A stretch of 52,085 bases of DNA from Pseudomonadota bacterium (GTDB lineage: Bacteria; Pseudomonadota; Alphaproteobacteria; RF32; CAG-239). The translations under genes were made by a program, and so were the position numbers. The notes under the pieces were generated by a model. That model was given only the letters and a program-made list of their open reading frames with translations. It was not told the DNA's origin and did no database searches. The stretch covers positions 1 through 52,085 of the forward strand of contig CAKJXZ020000032.1 in NCBI GenBank assembly GCA_918234285.1, read 5' to 3'. Below are positions 29,593 through 38,502 of the stretch, in pieces. How positions within the stretch are numbered: position 1 is the first letter of the stretch; each line of letters begins with the position of its first letter.

Positions 29593-29739
29593 ATGATAAA
29601 GAATGATGAAATGCCGAAAATCGACCGCACAAAAAAGGTCTGCACGGCAGAGAAAGCGGACTTTACGACCGAACCAGAAACGTATGATATGAGTGAACAG
29701 GATTTCTGGATGCAAGTTTCCAGATTGGATAACCTCTAA
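29593..29739 (+). CDS. Small hypothetical protein (48 aa)
   Basis: Manual translation MIKNDEMPKIDRTKKVCTAEKADFTTEPETYDMSEQDFWMQVSRLDNL*; fills the gap in the operon; below the ORF-track cutoff. Confidence 0.5.
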   Translation: MIKNDEMPKIDRTKKVCTAEKADFTTEPETYDMSEQDFWMQVSRLDNL

Positions 29740-29752
29740 TAACTTCAGGCAT

Positions 29753-29998
29753 ATGATTACAGACAGAAGGAAAGCGGTGCTGCATTTAGCAGAAATACGG
29801 CACGGTGATTGGAGTGATATACAATCTTTGATTGCTCCGGAGCTGCTGGAAAAGTTCCGTATTCTGGGTTTTATCCGCCACGAAGGAGAAAAATGGCAAA
29901 TTACCCCTATCGGTATTAAACAGTCATTGTTCTATCGTGAGCCGACCCCCGAAGAATGCGAACAAGGCCGTCAGATGTATGAGTTAAATATACTTTAA
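29753..29998 (+). CDS. Small hypothetical protein (winged-helix-like end)
   Basis: Start set at MITDRRK (ATG 29753); LLEKFRILGFI...WQITPIG pattern. Confidence 0.65.
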   Translation: MITDRRKAVLHLAEIRHGDWSDIQSLIAPELLEKFRILGFIRHEGEKWQITPIGIKQSLFYREPTPEECEQGRQMYELNIL

Positions 29999-30009
29999 AT
30001 TCCAGGCTT

Positions 30010-30306
30010 ATGACGAAAATCGGTGTAACTGAGGTTAGAAAAATTCTGCTGGAAGTGCTTAGCGAATATACCGGACTTTGTGAAGGTGTTGTAAGTATAC
30101 CGGATAAAAAATTTCTGAAGATAAATCTTCGTGAAGAATTTGGTATGGACCCGCTGGATTTTGAAGACATGTTTGATGAGCTTTATAACCTTTACGGTAT
30201 AGTCATTGACATTCACAGTCTGCCTGCTCAACACTCATTCAACAAAGAGCAAACTGTTGAGAACTTCATTGAAACGGTCAACTGTTGTTTAAGTGTTGAT
30301 GCGTAA
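30010..30306 (+). CDS. Acyl carrier protein-like protein lacking the phosphopantetheine Ser
   Basis: VRKILLEVL...NLREEFGMDPLDFEDMFDEL...YGIVID...TVENFIETVN follows the ACP pattern; DSL is replaced by DPL. Confidence 0.75.
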   Translation: MTKIGVTEVRKILLEVLSEYTGLCEGVVSIPDKKFLKINLREEFGMDPLDFEDMFDELYNLYGIVIDIHSLPAQHSFNKEQTVENFIETVNCCLSVDA

Positions 30307-30314
30307 GTTTTAAG

Positions 30315-30353
30315 AAAATCCGTTTGAGGTCTATAACCTTAAGCGGATTTTTT
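30315..30353 (+). terminator. Intrinsic terminator (TGAGG hairpin family, copy 1)
   Basis: AAAATCCGTTTGAGG-7 nt-CCTTAAGCGGATTTTTT. Confidence 0.9.
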
Positions 30354-30374
30354 GTGTCTAAAAAAAAATAATCC

Positions 30375-30403
30375 TTGATTTTTTCGGATTATTCTTATAT
30401 ATT
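30375..30403 (+). promoter_or_regulatory. Sigma70-like promoter
   Basis: TTGATT-17 nt-TATATT. Confidence 0.6.
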
Positions 30404-30441
30404 AATCCACAAAATCAATTATTTATTTATTTTTAGCTTAT

Positions 30442-30756
30442 ATGGAAAAGACAGAACAAAAACTTACACCGTTGCAAAAGCAATATCGACGTTACAGCCG
30501 AATATACAACTGCGTCGTATATGCATGTATTGCCGCCGTTGTCGCAACATTTTATTTTTGCGGTCCGGCATGGGGAATAGCAGCACTGATATTCGGCGCT
30601 TGGAGTTATGTATGTTATGAAAGCGGAGCAAATTCCAACTGCATCGACGAATTTGAGTACGCCTGTCCCGCCAACGGCTTCCGCCGTATGTTTAAAAGCT
30701 GGATATGGCTTGCGATAATCGCTGCCGTTGTTTATTTTTTTTGGCTGAAATTTTAA
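30442..30756 (+). CDS. Hypothetical membrane protein
   Basis: 104 aa with 3 hydrophobic segments; own promoter and terminator. Confidence 0.75.
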   Translation: MEKTEQKLTPLQKQYRRYSRIYNCVVYACIAAVVATFYFCGPAWGIAALIFGAWSYVCYESGANSNCIDEFEYACPANGFRRMFKSWIWLAIIAAVVYFFWLKF

Positions 30757-30757
30757 A

Positions 30758-30797
30758 AAGAAGGCATCTGAGGCACACCGCTTCAGATGCTTTTTTT
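30758..30797 (+). terminator. Intrinsic terminator (TGAGG hairpin family, copy 2)
   Basis: AAGAAGGCATCTGAGG-7 nt-CTTCAGATGCTTTTTTT. Confidence 0.9.
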
Positions 30798-30893
30798 GAT
30801 ATATGACAAAAAAATCTTGACTTTTGAAGATTTTAATATGATATTGAAGCGTTATTTTAATTATGAAGTTCTTTATTATTATCCCAAATATTT

Positions 30894-31502
30894 ATGAAAC
30901 AAAGTATCGCAGAAAACGGCAAAACAGCCGGAAATCATTGGTTTACGCCGGAAATTACGGCAATGATGGACAATATCATGAAAGAAAAATGGTTTGTCCG
31001 TGAAGTTATATACCCTAAAGAAATCAAAGGGTGTGAAATCTTTGACTATAACGGCTGTATGCGGCTGTATCACAATTCTGCTCGCTTCTTTGCCCTCGAC
31101 GGCGAGAGGTTAAATTCTGAGGCCGGTAAGTATTGCAACCTGAACATCGACTTTTTCAGCGCCGAGAAAATCATTATTCAACAGCGTGATGAAGCGGCGT
31201 TCGACCATTGGTGCAACAGTGCCCCGTTTGAGCTGACATCGCTCTGGCCGGAAAGGCAGTTGGTTATTGCCGCCCGCCACGATACCAAGCAGCTTATTGC
31301 GTTTGCTCCGGTCTTTGTGGTGTGTACTCCCGAGTTCCATGCCACCGAAGATATGAGAAGATCCATCAATTTTGAAAGGGAATTTCATCTCTATCGCAAT
31401 CGCGTGAAAAAGAATTTCGGTAAGGAAACACCCTCAGAACCTCTGTCGTTTCTGAAGAATTCGTATGACTTGGCAAATTGGCTGAGAGTTCATTGTTACT
31501 AG
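30894..31502 (+). CDS. Hypothetical protein
   Basis: 202-aa ORF after TTGACT (30817) and an AT-rich leader; ends at a terminator. Confidence 0.75.
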   Translation: MKQSIAENGKTAGNHWFTPEITAMMDNIMKEKWFVREVIYPKEIKGCEIFDYNGCMRLYHNSARFFALDGERLNSEAGKYCNLNIDFFSAEKIIIQQRDEAAFDHWCNSAPFELTSLWPERQLVIAARHDTKQLIAFAPVFVVCTPEFHATEDMRRSINFEREFHLYRNRVKKNFGKETPSEPLSFLKNSYDLANWLRVHCY

Positions 31503-31506
31503 ATTT

Positions 31507-31547
31507 AAGAAAACCGCTTGAGGCTGAAGGCTTCAGGCGGTTTCTTT
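31507..31547. terminator. Bidirectional terminator (TGAGG hairpin family, copy 3) overlapping the nagA 3' end
   Basis: AAGAAAACCGCTTGAGG-7 nt-CTTCAGGCGGTTTCTTT. Confidence 0.85.
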
Positions 31548-32711
31548 ACCTTTTTGAAATACTCTGCCCTGAATAATCGTATACAATACATTGAGTTTTT
31601 CGCTCAAAATCGTAATATCGGCATCATACCCCGGCGCAATCACCCCCAGATGGTCTTGTTTCATAATCCGCGCCGGATTGGTTGAAGCCATGTGCACCGC
31701 CTGTTCCAAACTAAGTCCGTAAGAAACGATATTGCGCACGCTGTCAAGCATGGTCAGTGCCGAGCCGGCAATTGCATCGTCGGATTTACGATAAAAGCAT
31801 TGGTCGAGATAAACCTCCTCCCCGTTGGCTATCAGCGGCTTAGTTTTCTGCTTGGTCGGCTTTAAGGCATCGGTTACCAACACCACCTTATCCAGCGATT
31901 TGCAGGTCAGCAAAAACTTGATGATTTCCGGATTGATATGAATACCGTCGGCAATAACTTCGCACGATAATTCCGGGTGGATAAACACCGCCCCCACCGT
32001 TCCCGGGTCGCGATGGTGCATACGGCTCATGGCATTAAACAGATGCGTAACGTGCATTATCCGCGCCTGCATAGCCTCAATCATCTGCTTATAACTGGCA
32101 TTGGTGTGTCCGGCTTGCAATACAATCCCTTTAGATAGACAATACAGCGCCAGCTCGCGCATATTATGCAATTCCGGTGCCACCGTCATATTGACGATAT
32201 GCCCTTCGGAAGCCTCCCATAACGCATCCATCAAATCCAAATCCACCGGACTGACGCCGTCGGGAGATTGCGCACCCAAACGTTGCGGCGAAATAAACGG
32301 TCCTTCGAGATGAATCCCCAAAATTCGCGCACCTTTTTCACGTCCCATTGCCTTAACAATTGCCTTAATGCCGCGAATCATCTGCACTTTGTTGCCGGAA
32401 TACAGCGTCGGAATAAACGAGGTCACGCCATAGTGCAACAAACCTTCCGACATTTTGAGTATGGATTTATCCGAACAGTCTTCGGTACCGTATCCGCCGA
32501 AACCATGGATATGCGTATCCACAAACCCCGGCATTACATTGGCACCTTTGGCATCGATAAAATTCGTATCGGCTTTGAAAACTTTTTTATCAAAGCGCTC
32601 TTCGTTAAAAACATCGATGATTTTATTTTGTTTAATCAGCACGGCGCAATTCTGCATACGCGAATATCCGTTAAACACCGTGGCATTATGAATACAAGTT
32701 GCGGCAACCAT
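31533..32711 (-). CDS. nagA: N-acetylglucosamine-6-phosphate deacetylase
   Basis: PGFVDTHIHG, GIHLEGPF, THLFNAM, ADGIH, VTDA, IAGS. Confidence 0.98.
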   Translation of the reverse strand: MVAATCIHNATVFNGYSRMQNCAVLIKQNKIIDVFNEERFDKKVFKADTNFIDAKGANVMPGFVDTHIHGFGGYGTEDCSDKSILKMSEGLLHYGVTSFIPTLYSGNKVQMIRGIKAIVKAMGREKGARILGIHLEGPFISPQRLGAQSPDGVSPVDLDLMDALWEASEGHIVNMTVAPELHNMRELALYCLSKGIVLQAGHTNASYKQMIEAMQARIMHVTHLFNAMSRMHHRDPGTVGAVFIHPELSCEVIADGIHINPEIIKFLLTCKSLDKVVLVTDALKPTKQKTKPLIANGEEVYLDQCFYRKSDDAIAGSALTMLDSVRNIVSYGLSLEQAVHMASTNPARIMKQDHLGVIAPGYDADITILSEKLNVLYTIIQGRVFQKGKETA

Positions 32712-32777
32712 ATTATTCCTCCAGATATTTTATCCGTACCATATAATACTTAATTTTTATTTATCACATTCAATAAA

Positions 32778-33806
32778 TTAAATATCAGAAATAATTTTCA
32801 CCTTATAAAGCGGAATTATTCCAAACAGTTTGACATACTTCTTACCGCCGCGATATTTAACCGTCAAAATCGGTATAAAATCAAACAAATAATATTTTTT
32901 ATTAAGGAAAGAGCCTTCCAAACGAGTACAAAATTCCTGAAAATTTTTATACGGCAATATTTTCTGTGCTTCGGCTACAAATGCGCCTTGCAATTCCTGC
33001 GGCAACAAATTGTTGTAGACATGTGCCATATTGGCGGCATACCACTGCCAAAAACATTCACGTATCTGCTCCGATCTCGGATTGCGGTTAAATGCTTTCG
33101 TAACAAAATCGCCGAGTTTTAAAAAGGCAGTATTTTTTGCGTTCCGGCGCAATGATGCATTATCCGAGTGTTTGCAATAATAATAAAGAGGCTCTGCCAA
33201 AAAATAAATATCATCGAGTTTTGGGTAAACCTCAAGCAAAAATGCCGCATCTTCGGCAAAAGGTATGCCCTCGGGAAATCTTATATTCTCAACAATATCT
33301 TTTTTTATAAGCAACCGACAAGAATGAAAAGGACTCTTATAAATACCATTACCGAGTGCTACAAAAGAAGTTTTGGTATCTTTTTTAATCCTCAGATATT
33401 CCACTACCTCTTTTTTACCGGTTTCTTCCACATTCCACACATTGCAACCGACCATATCGACATTTTCACGTTCCATCGCCGCATGCAGTTTTTCATACAT
33501 GGTAACGTCAATATAATCATCGGAATCGATAAACGAGATATATTTGCCGCGCGCATTATCCAAACCGTTGTTACGCGCCGCACTTACCCCCATGTTATGC
33601 GGATTGGATATAACCTTTACTCGCTTATCTTTGGCTGCATACTCATCGCAGATTGCCCGTGAACCGTCCTTTCCACAGTCATCAACCAGGATTACCTCAA
33701 TATCCTTAAAGGTTGAACCGAGGATGCTGTCTAAGCACTTCCGCAGATATTTTTCTACGTTATAAACCGGCACAATTACCGATATTTCCGGTGTTTTATC
33801 GCTCAT
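32778..33806 (-). CDS. Glycosyltransferase family 2
   Basis: ISVIVPVYNVEKYL, VDD, SAARN.GL, FIDSDD, AED; GGAG before ATG 33806. Confidence 0.95.
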   Translation of the reverse strand: MSDKTPEISVIVPVYNVEKYLRKCLDSILGSTFKDIEVILVDDCGKDGSRAICDEYAAKDKRVKVISNPHNMGVSAARNNGLDNARGKYISFIDSDDYIDVTMYEKLHAAMERENVDMVGCNVWNVEETGKKEVVEYLRIKKDTKTSFVALGNGIYKSPFHSCRLLIKKDIVENIRFPEGIPFAEDAAFLLEVYPKLDDIYFLAEPLYYYCKHSDNASLRRNAKNTAFLKLGDFVTKAFNRNPRSEQIRECFWQWYAANMAHVYNNLLPQELQGAFVAEAQKILPYKNFQEFCTRLEGSFLNKKYYLFDFIPILTVKYRGGKKYVKLFGIIPLYKVKIISDI

Positions 33807-33834
33807 CAAATTACTCCACATACCTATAAAACTC

Positions 33835-33865
33835 AAACGCCGCCGACACAATGCCGACGGCGCTC
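33835..33865 (-). terminator. Hairpin/terminator after pnp
   Basis: Minus strand GAGCGCCGTCGGCA-TTG-TGTCGGCGGCGTTT (with G-U pairs), then GAGTTTT. Confidence 0.7.
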
Positions 33866-33878
33866 AAAGCAGTTAAGA

Positions 33879-36002
33879 TTATTTATTTTCCAAATCTTCA
33901 CCGGTTTCTTGGTTAACCCGCTTAGCCGACAGCTTAATCTTGCCGCGGTTATCGGTACCCAAGCACTTAACCCACATTTCATCGCCTTCTTTATAGAAGT
34001 CGGAAACCGAGGCAATACGCTCGTTCTTCACTTCGGAAATATGAACCAAACCTTCGGTCTGACCCAAAAAGCGAACAAATGCGCCAAAGTCCATAATCTT
34101 GGTAATCGTACCGTGATAGATTTTACCGGCTTCCGGCTCGGCCACAATACCGGTAATAATCTCAATCGCCTTCTGACAATTTTCATTATTATTGGAAGCA
34201 ATCGTTACCACGCCGTCATCGGTAATATCGATTTTGGTGTTGGTCTTTTCGATAATCTCGCGAATAACCTTACCGCCGGTACCGATAACCTCACGGATTT
34301 TATCAGTCGGAATAGTCATGGTATGAATACGCGGTGCTTTCGGAGAAATTTCCGGACGCGGTGCCGCCAAAGCCTTAGCCATTTCGCCTAAGATATGGAT
34401 ACGACCTTCATGTGCTTGAGCCAAAGCATTTTGCATAATTTCTTTGGTAATCGACGTAATTTTAATATCCATTTGCAGAGCGGTTACGCCGTCTTTGGTA
34501 CCGGCTACCTTAAAGTCCATATCGCCGAGGTGGTCTTCATCGCCCAAAATATCGGTCAAAATCGCCACACGGCCGTCATTTTCTTTAATCAAACCCATAG
34601 CAATACCGGCAACCGGCTTTTTCATCGGCACACCGGCATCCATCAACGACAAGCAGGTGCCGCATACGGTTGCCATAGAAGAAGAACCGTTGGATTCCAT
34701 AATATCGGAAACCACGCGCAAGGTATAAGGGAAAACTTCCTTATCCGTCGGCAACATCGGATGAATGGCACGCCAAGCAAGCTTACCGTGACCGATTTCG
34801 CGACGGCCCGGAGTACCCAAACGGCCGCATTCACCAACCGAGAACGGCGGAAAGTTGTAATAAAGCATAAAGTCTTGCTTATATTCCGGCAACAAACCGT
34901 CAACAATTTGCGCGTCATCCGGTGTACCTAAAGTGGTAACCACCATAGCCTGAGTTTCACCGCGAGTAAACAACGCTGAGCCGTGTGCTTCCGGCAACAG
35001 GTTTACTTCACATTGAATCGGACGAACCGTTCTGGTATCACGACCATCAATACGATGACCTGTTGTCAAAACCTTTTCACGCATGGTGTGATGCATAACA
35101 TTTTCAATTGCATCGCCGACAAACGCCATTTCCACTTCATTTTCCGGATCAATCGTCGCCTTAACTTCTTCTGCCAACTGACCAAGAACCGTACCGCGTT
35201 CCAACTTATCGGTAATTCCGAAAGCGGCATCATAACGGGCGCCGAAGTCTTTCAAAATACGTTCGCTCAAAGCGGTATATTCCGGTGGAAATTCCGGAGC
35301 AGCCCATTTTTCCTTACCGGCTTCGGCCGCCATTTCTTTAATCAGCTTAATCACCGGTTGAAAGCTCTCAAAACCGAACATAACCGAACCGAGCATTACA
35401 TCTTCCGAAAGCTCGTTGGCTTCGGATTCAACCATCAACACGCCTTCTTCGGTACCGGCAACGGTCAATTTCAATTCAGACTCGGCTTGTTCTTCAATGG
35501 TCGGGTTCAAAATATAAGCGCCGTTTTTGTAGCCGACATTGGCCGCACCGATCGGGCCCATAAACGGAATGCCAGATACTGCCAAAGCCGCCGATGCCGC
35601 AACCATCGAAACCACATCGGAATCATTCTTTTGGTCGTGCGATAATACGGTGCAGACAATTTGTACTTCGTTTTTGAACGCATCAGGGAACAACGGACGT
35701 ATCGGTCTGTCTATCAAGCGCGAAATCAACACTTCACGCTCCGAAGGTTTACCCTCGCGCTTCATAAATCCGCCCGGAATTTTACCGGTGGCATAATATT
35801 TTTCCTGATAGTTTACGGTTAAAGGAAAGAAATCCTGATCCGCTTTCACTTCCTTTGCAGCCACTACCGTTGCAACAACCACTGTTTCTCCGTATGTTGC
35901 CACAACCGCACCGGTTGCCTGTCGGGCAATCTTACCTGTTTCCAATACCAATTTACGACCGCCCCAATCCATTTCTTTGCGGCAAACTTTAAAATCTATC
36001 AT
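33879..36002 (-). CDS. pnp: Polyribonucleotide nucleotidyltransferase (PNPase)
   Basis: [45 protein letters not shown]; KH and S1 domains. Confidence 0.99.
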   Translation of the reverse strand: MIDFKVCRKEMDWGGRKLVLETGKIARQATGAVVATYGETVVVATVVAAKEVKADQDFFPLTVNYQEKYYATGKIPGGFMKREGKPSEREVLISRLIDRPIRPLFPDAFKNEVQIVCTVLSHDQKNDSDVVSMVAASAALAVSGIPFMGPIGAANVGYKNGAYILNPTIEEQAESELKLTVAGTEEGVLMVESEANELSEDVMLGSVMFGFESFQPVIKLIKEMAAEAGKEKWAAPEFPPEYTALSERILKDFGARYDAAFGITDKLERGTVLGQLAEEVKATIDPENEVEMAFVGDAIENVMHHTMREKVLTTGHRIDGRDTRTVRPIQCEVNLLPEAHGSALFTRGETQAMVVTTLGTPDDAQIVDGLLPEYKQDFMLYYNFPPFSVGECGRLGTPGRREIGHGKLAWRAIHPMLPTDKEVFPYTLRVVSDIMESNGSSSMATVCGTCLSLMDAGVPMKKPVAGIAMGLIKENDGRVAILTDILGDEDHLGDMDFKVAGTKDGVTALQMDIKITSITKEIMQNALAQAHEGRIHILGEMAKALAAPRPEISPKAPRIHTMTIPTDKIREVIGTGGKVIREIIEKTNTKIDITDDGVVTIASNNNENCQKAIEIITGIVAEPEAGKIYHGTITKIMDFGAFVRFLGQTEGLVHISEVKNERIASVSDFYKEGDEMWVKCLGTDNRGKIKLSAKRVNQETGEDLENK

Positions 36003-36116
36003 AATTTTTCTTTCCTTTCATCTTTTTTTCATCTTTTAAAAACCTCACCTGACTTTTACATCAGGATTTTTCGGGGCTGCAGAACCATTTCCGCAACCCC
36101 GTAGAATAAAGCCTGA

Positions 36117-36386
36117 TTACTTACGCAAATCGAGCTTTTTAATAATGTCTTGATATCTTTCTTCGCTCATGCTCTTCAAGTGGTCAAGCAAGTGACGACG
36201 ACGGCTAACCATCTTCATCAAACCCAGACGAGAGTGTAAATCTTTAGCGTGAACGTTGAAGTGTTCGATCAAAGCGTTGATACGATATGTCCAAATGGCA
36301 ATCTGCACTTCCGGACAACCGGTATCATTTTCGTTGCGGCCGTATTTAGCCACGATTTCTTTTTTAATTTCATTTGTTATCGACAT
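36117..36386 (-). CDS. rpsO: 30S ribosomal protein S15
   Basis: NDTG.PEVQIA, H.KDLHSR.GL.KMV..RR.LL; 89 aa. Confidence 0.98.
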   Translation of the reverse strand: MSITNEIKKEIVAKYGRNENDTGCPEVQIAIWTYRINALIEHFNVHAKDLHSRLGLMKMVSRRRHLLDHLKSMSEERYQDIIKKLDLRK

Positions 36387-37308
36387 CTGTTATTTCCTTT
36401 TTTATTATGTTATGAAACACGCGTATCGGCGAGATTTTGCGCTCATCGACACGCACCAATGCAATCAAACAATTACGAAACATGGCGGCCGCCAACTCCG
36501 TCGGTTTTACCTCAGGATAATTTTTAGGCGAAAGCCCCTGTCCCATACTTAATTTTCTTGCGTCTTCAGCCGAAACAGCAATCTCCGCGATGTCGCGCAG
36601 AGACGTTTCAATCGGCAAAAGAGACTCGCGTCGCTTGTCTGTATACTCCATTTTTTCCAAAGAATCCAGTAAAATCGTACTTTCAAGCGAAAAATTTCCG
36701 CATTTAGTGCGCCTGAGTTTGCTCAAATATCCTTTAGAGCCCAGATATTCAGCTATATCCGCCCCTAAAGTGCGCACATAAGTTCCCTTAGAACAACGCA
36801 CTTTAAACTTAGCGCTTTTTTCTCGTTCTTCCAGCAATTCCAACGCAAAAATTTCGATTTCGCGCTCCGGCATTTCCACCTTTTGCCCCTTACGCGCCAG
36901 TTTATATGCTTCCTGTCCGTTTATCTTAATGGCAGAATACATCGGCGGAATCTGCTTTATCTTACCGATAAAATGCGGCAAAGCCGCCAAAATTTCCTCA
37001 CGATTCGGAATTTTATCGCAAGTGGCGATAATTTTACCTTCGGTATCGCCGGTATCGGTAGCCGCCCCCCATTCCACCACAAACTCATACTCTTTTTCGC
37101 CGCCCATGACAAACGGCACCAGTTTGGTCGCCTCGCCAAACGCAATCGGCAACACTCCGGTAGCAAACGGGTCGAGCGTGCCGGTATGTCCGTTTTTATT
37201 GGCGTGCAACAGATAACGGGTTTTCCCCACAACCTGTGTCGAGCCCATTCCGCGCGGTTTATCAATAACCAACCATCCGTCAATGTCATCTGCCTTATTA
37301 TGCTTCAT
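36370..37308 (-). CDS. truB: tRNA pseudouridine(55) synthase
   Basis: GHTGTLDPFATGVL, PPMYSAIK..G..AY.LAR, CSKGTYVR.L. Confidence 0.98.
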   Translation of the reverse strand: MKHNKADDIDGWLVIDKPRGMGSTQVVGKTRYLLHANKNGHTGTLDPFATGVLPIAFGEATKLVPFVMGGEKEYEFVVEWGAATDTGDTEGKIIATCDKIPNREEILAALPHFIGKIKQIPPMYSAIKINGQEAYKLARKGQKVEMPEREIEIFALELLEEREKSAKFKVRCSKGTYVRTLGADIAEYLGSKGYLSKLRRTKCGNFSLESTILLDSLEKMEYTDKRRESLLPIETSLRDIAEIAVSAEDARKLSMGQGLSPKNYPEVKPTELAAAMFRNCLIALVRVDERKISPIRVFHNIIKKEITDVDNK

Positions 37309-37403
37309 TTCTTGCTTCTTTCATTAATTTTTATTGATTTCATTTTGCAAATAATCTTCAAAATGTCAAGCCGTAACAGCAAATCTGCCGCACCGGCAAT
37401 AAC

Positions 37404-37432
37404 TTGACAACCGACGAAAATGATGTTAAAAT
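37404..37432 (+). promoter_or_regulatory. Sigma70-like promoter
   Basis: TTGACA-17 nt-TAAAAT with TG extended -10. Confidence 0.75.
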
Positions 37433-37454
37433 TTTGTACAAAAGGGACGAAACT

Positions 37455-38501
37455 ATGAATTTTGAGCAATTTGATAAATTTATTGAATACGGTGAGTTCA
37501 GACAATTTGTTGCTGACGACGGACAGGCTTATGTCGGAGTTTTGCCGCGCCAAGCTTATTATGAACGCAAAGTAAGCGAAATTGCCGATGCCATAGTTGC
37601 CGAAAACGGCGAATATCCGATTCAGCTCGAAAAATTTATGAAACTGGCGCAAGAATATACACCGCTGCGCAATCAAAAAATTACGGAAGCATTCGAAGTA
37701 TTGAACACAAAATCGCCGGAAGAAATAAGTCGTTTATCGCCAAATAAACGCTTGGAAATTTTGGAAAGAATAATTCCGCCGCAACCTACCCTTGCCAATA
37801 TCAATAAATTAAAGCCGCACGCCGCTAAAATCGAACAACTGATGTTTGATTTGAAGTTTCCGCCGCAATTTTGGAAAGATGAAGAACGTCTAGCATCTTC
37901 TTTTGTTAATCGTTTGCAACTGATTCCGCATCTAAAAGAAAATATTGCCGATTGGCAACAGCTGGAAACGGCAAGGCAACAACAATGTATTCAGAAAATA
38001 GCCGATGTGTTTTGCAAAACTTACGGCATCGAACCGATTAAGATAACTTTCTTTACATTGGAGGAATTTAACCGAGATCGAGTAAATCAAGGCTTAGATC
38101 CGGTGGAAATTCCACCGACCGGCCAAGCTTCCGCTGCCGACCGGAGCATAAACTTTTGTGCCGACAGAATCAAAATTTGTGATAATTATGTGCCGATTTA
38201 TCTGACTTTTCACGAGGCCTTGCATATTTCGCAACAAGAACGTGATTTTCCGCAATATCCTTTGGTTGAGCGTATGTTTGCCCACAAATTCGACTTTTTG
38301 AAGCTGATTTCGGACAAAGCATATTTGCTCGAACCGTCGGAAATTCACGCTTATCATATAGATTCTCTGGTACAGAATAAAGCGCAGGAAACACTGAAAG
38401 TTCCGTTTGTTGCCAACAAATACGATGCTAAAACTCGCAAAGCCGTCGATTTAGCCAAACAAACCGCCGCCGCGCTTTATGCCCATAATATAAAAGAATA
38501 A
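37455..38501 (+). CDS. Hypothetical zincin-like metallopeptidase
   Basis: FHEALHISQ followed by Y...PSE.HAY; start moved to ATG 37455, downstream of the promoter. Confidence 0.78.
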   Translation: MNFEQFDKFIEYGEFRQFVADDGQAYVGVLPRQAYYERKVSEIADAIVAENGEYPIQLEKFMKLAQEYTPLRNQKITEAFEVLNTKSPEEISRLSPNKRLEILERIIPPQPTLANINKLKPHAAKIEQLMFDLKFPPQFWKDEERLASSFVNRLQLIPHLKENIADWQQLETARQQQCIQKIADVFCKTYGIEPIKITFFTLEEFNRDRVNQGLDPVEIPPTGQASAADRSINFCADRIKICDNYVPIYLTFHEALHISQQERDFPQYPLVERMFAHKFDFLKLISDKAYLLEPSEIHAYHIDSLVQNKAQETLKVPFVANKYDAKTRKAVDLAKQTAAALYAHNIKE

Positions 38502-38502
38502 G

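Noticed and set aside
29593-29998. Frameshifted single gene joining the 48-aa ORF and the 29693 ORF
   Set aside because: Two separate genes explain it more simply: a stop at 29739, then ATG 29753 with the same start context as the next gene.
30315-31547. Hairpins as integron attC sites or Neisseria DNA uptake sequences
   Set aside because: No RYYYAAC/GTTRRRY boxes, no intI, and the units carry their own promoters; no exact GCCGTCTGAA.
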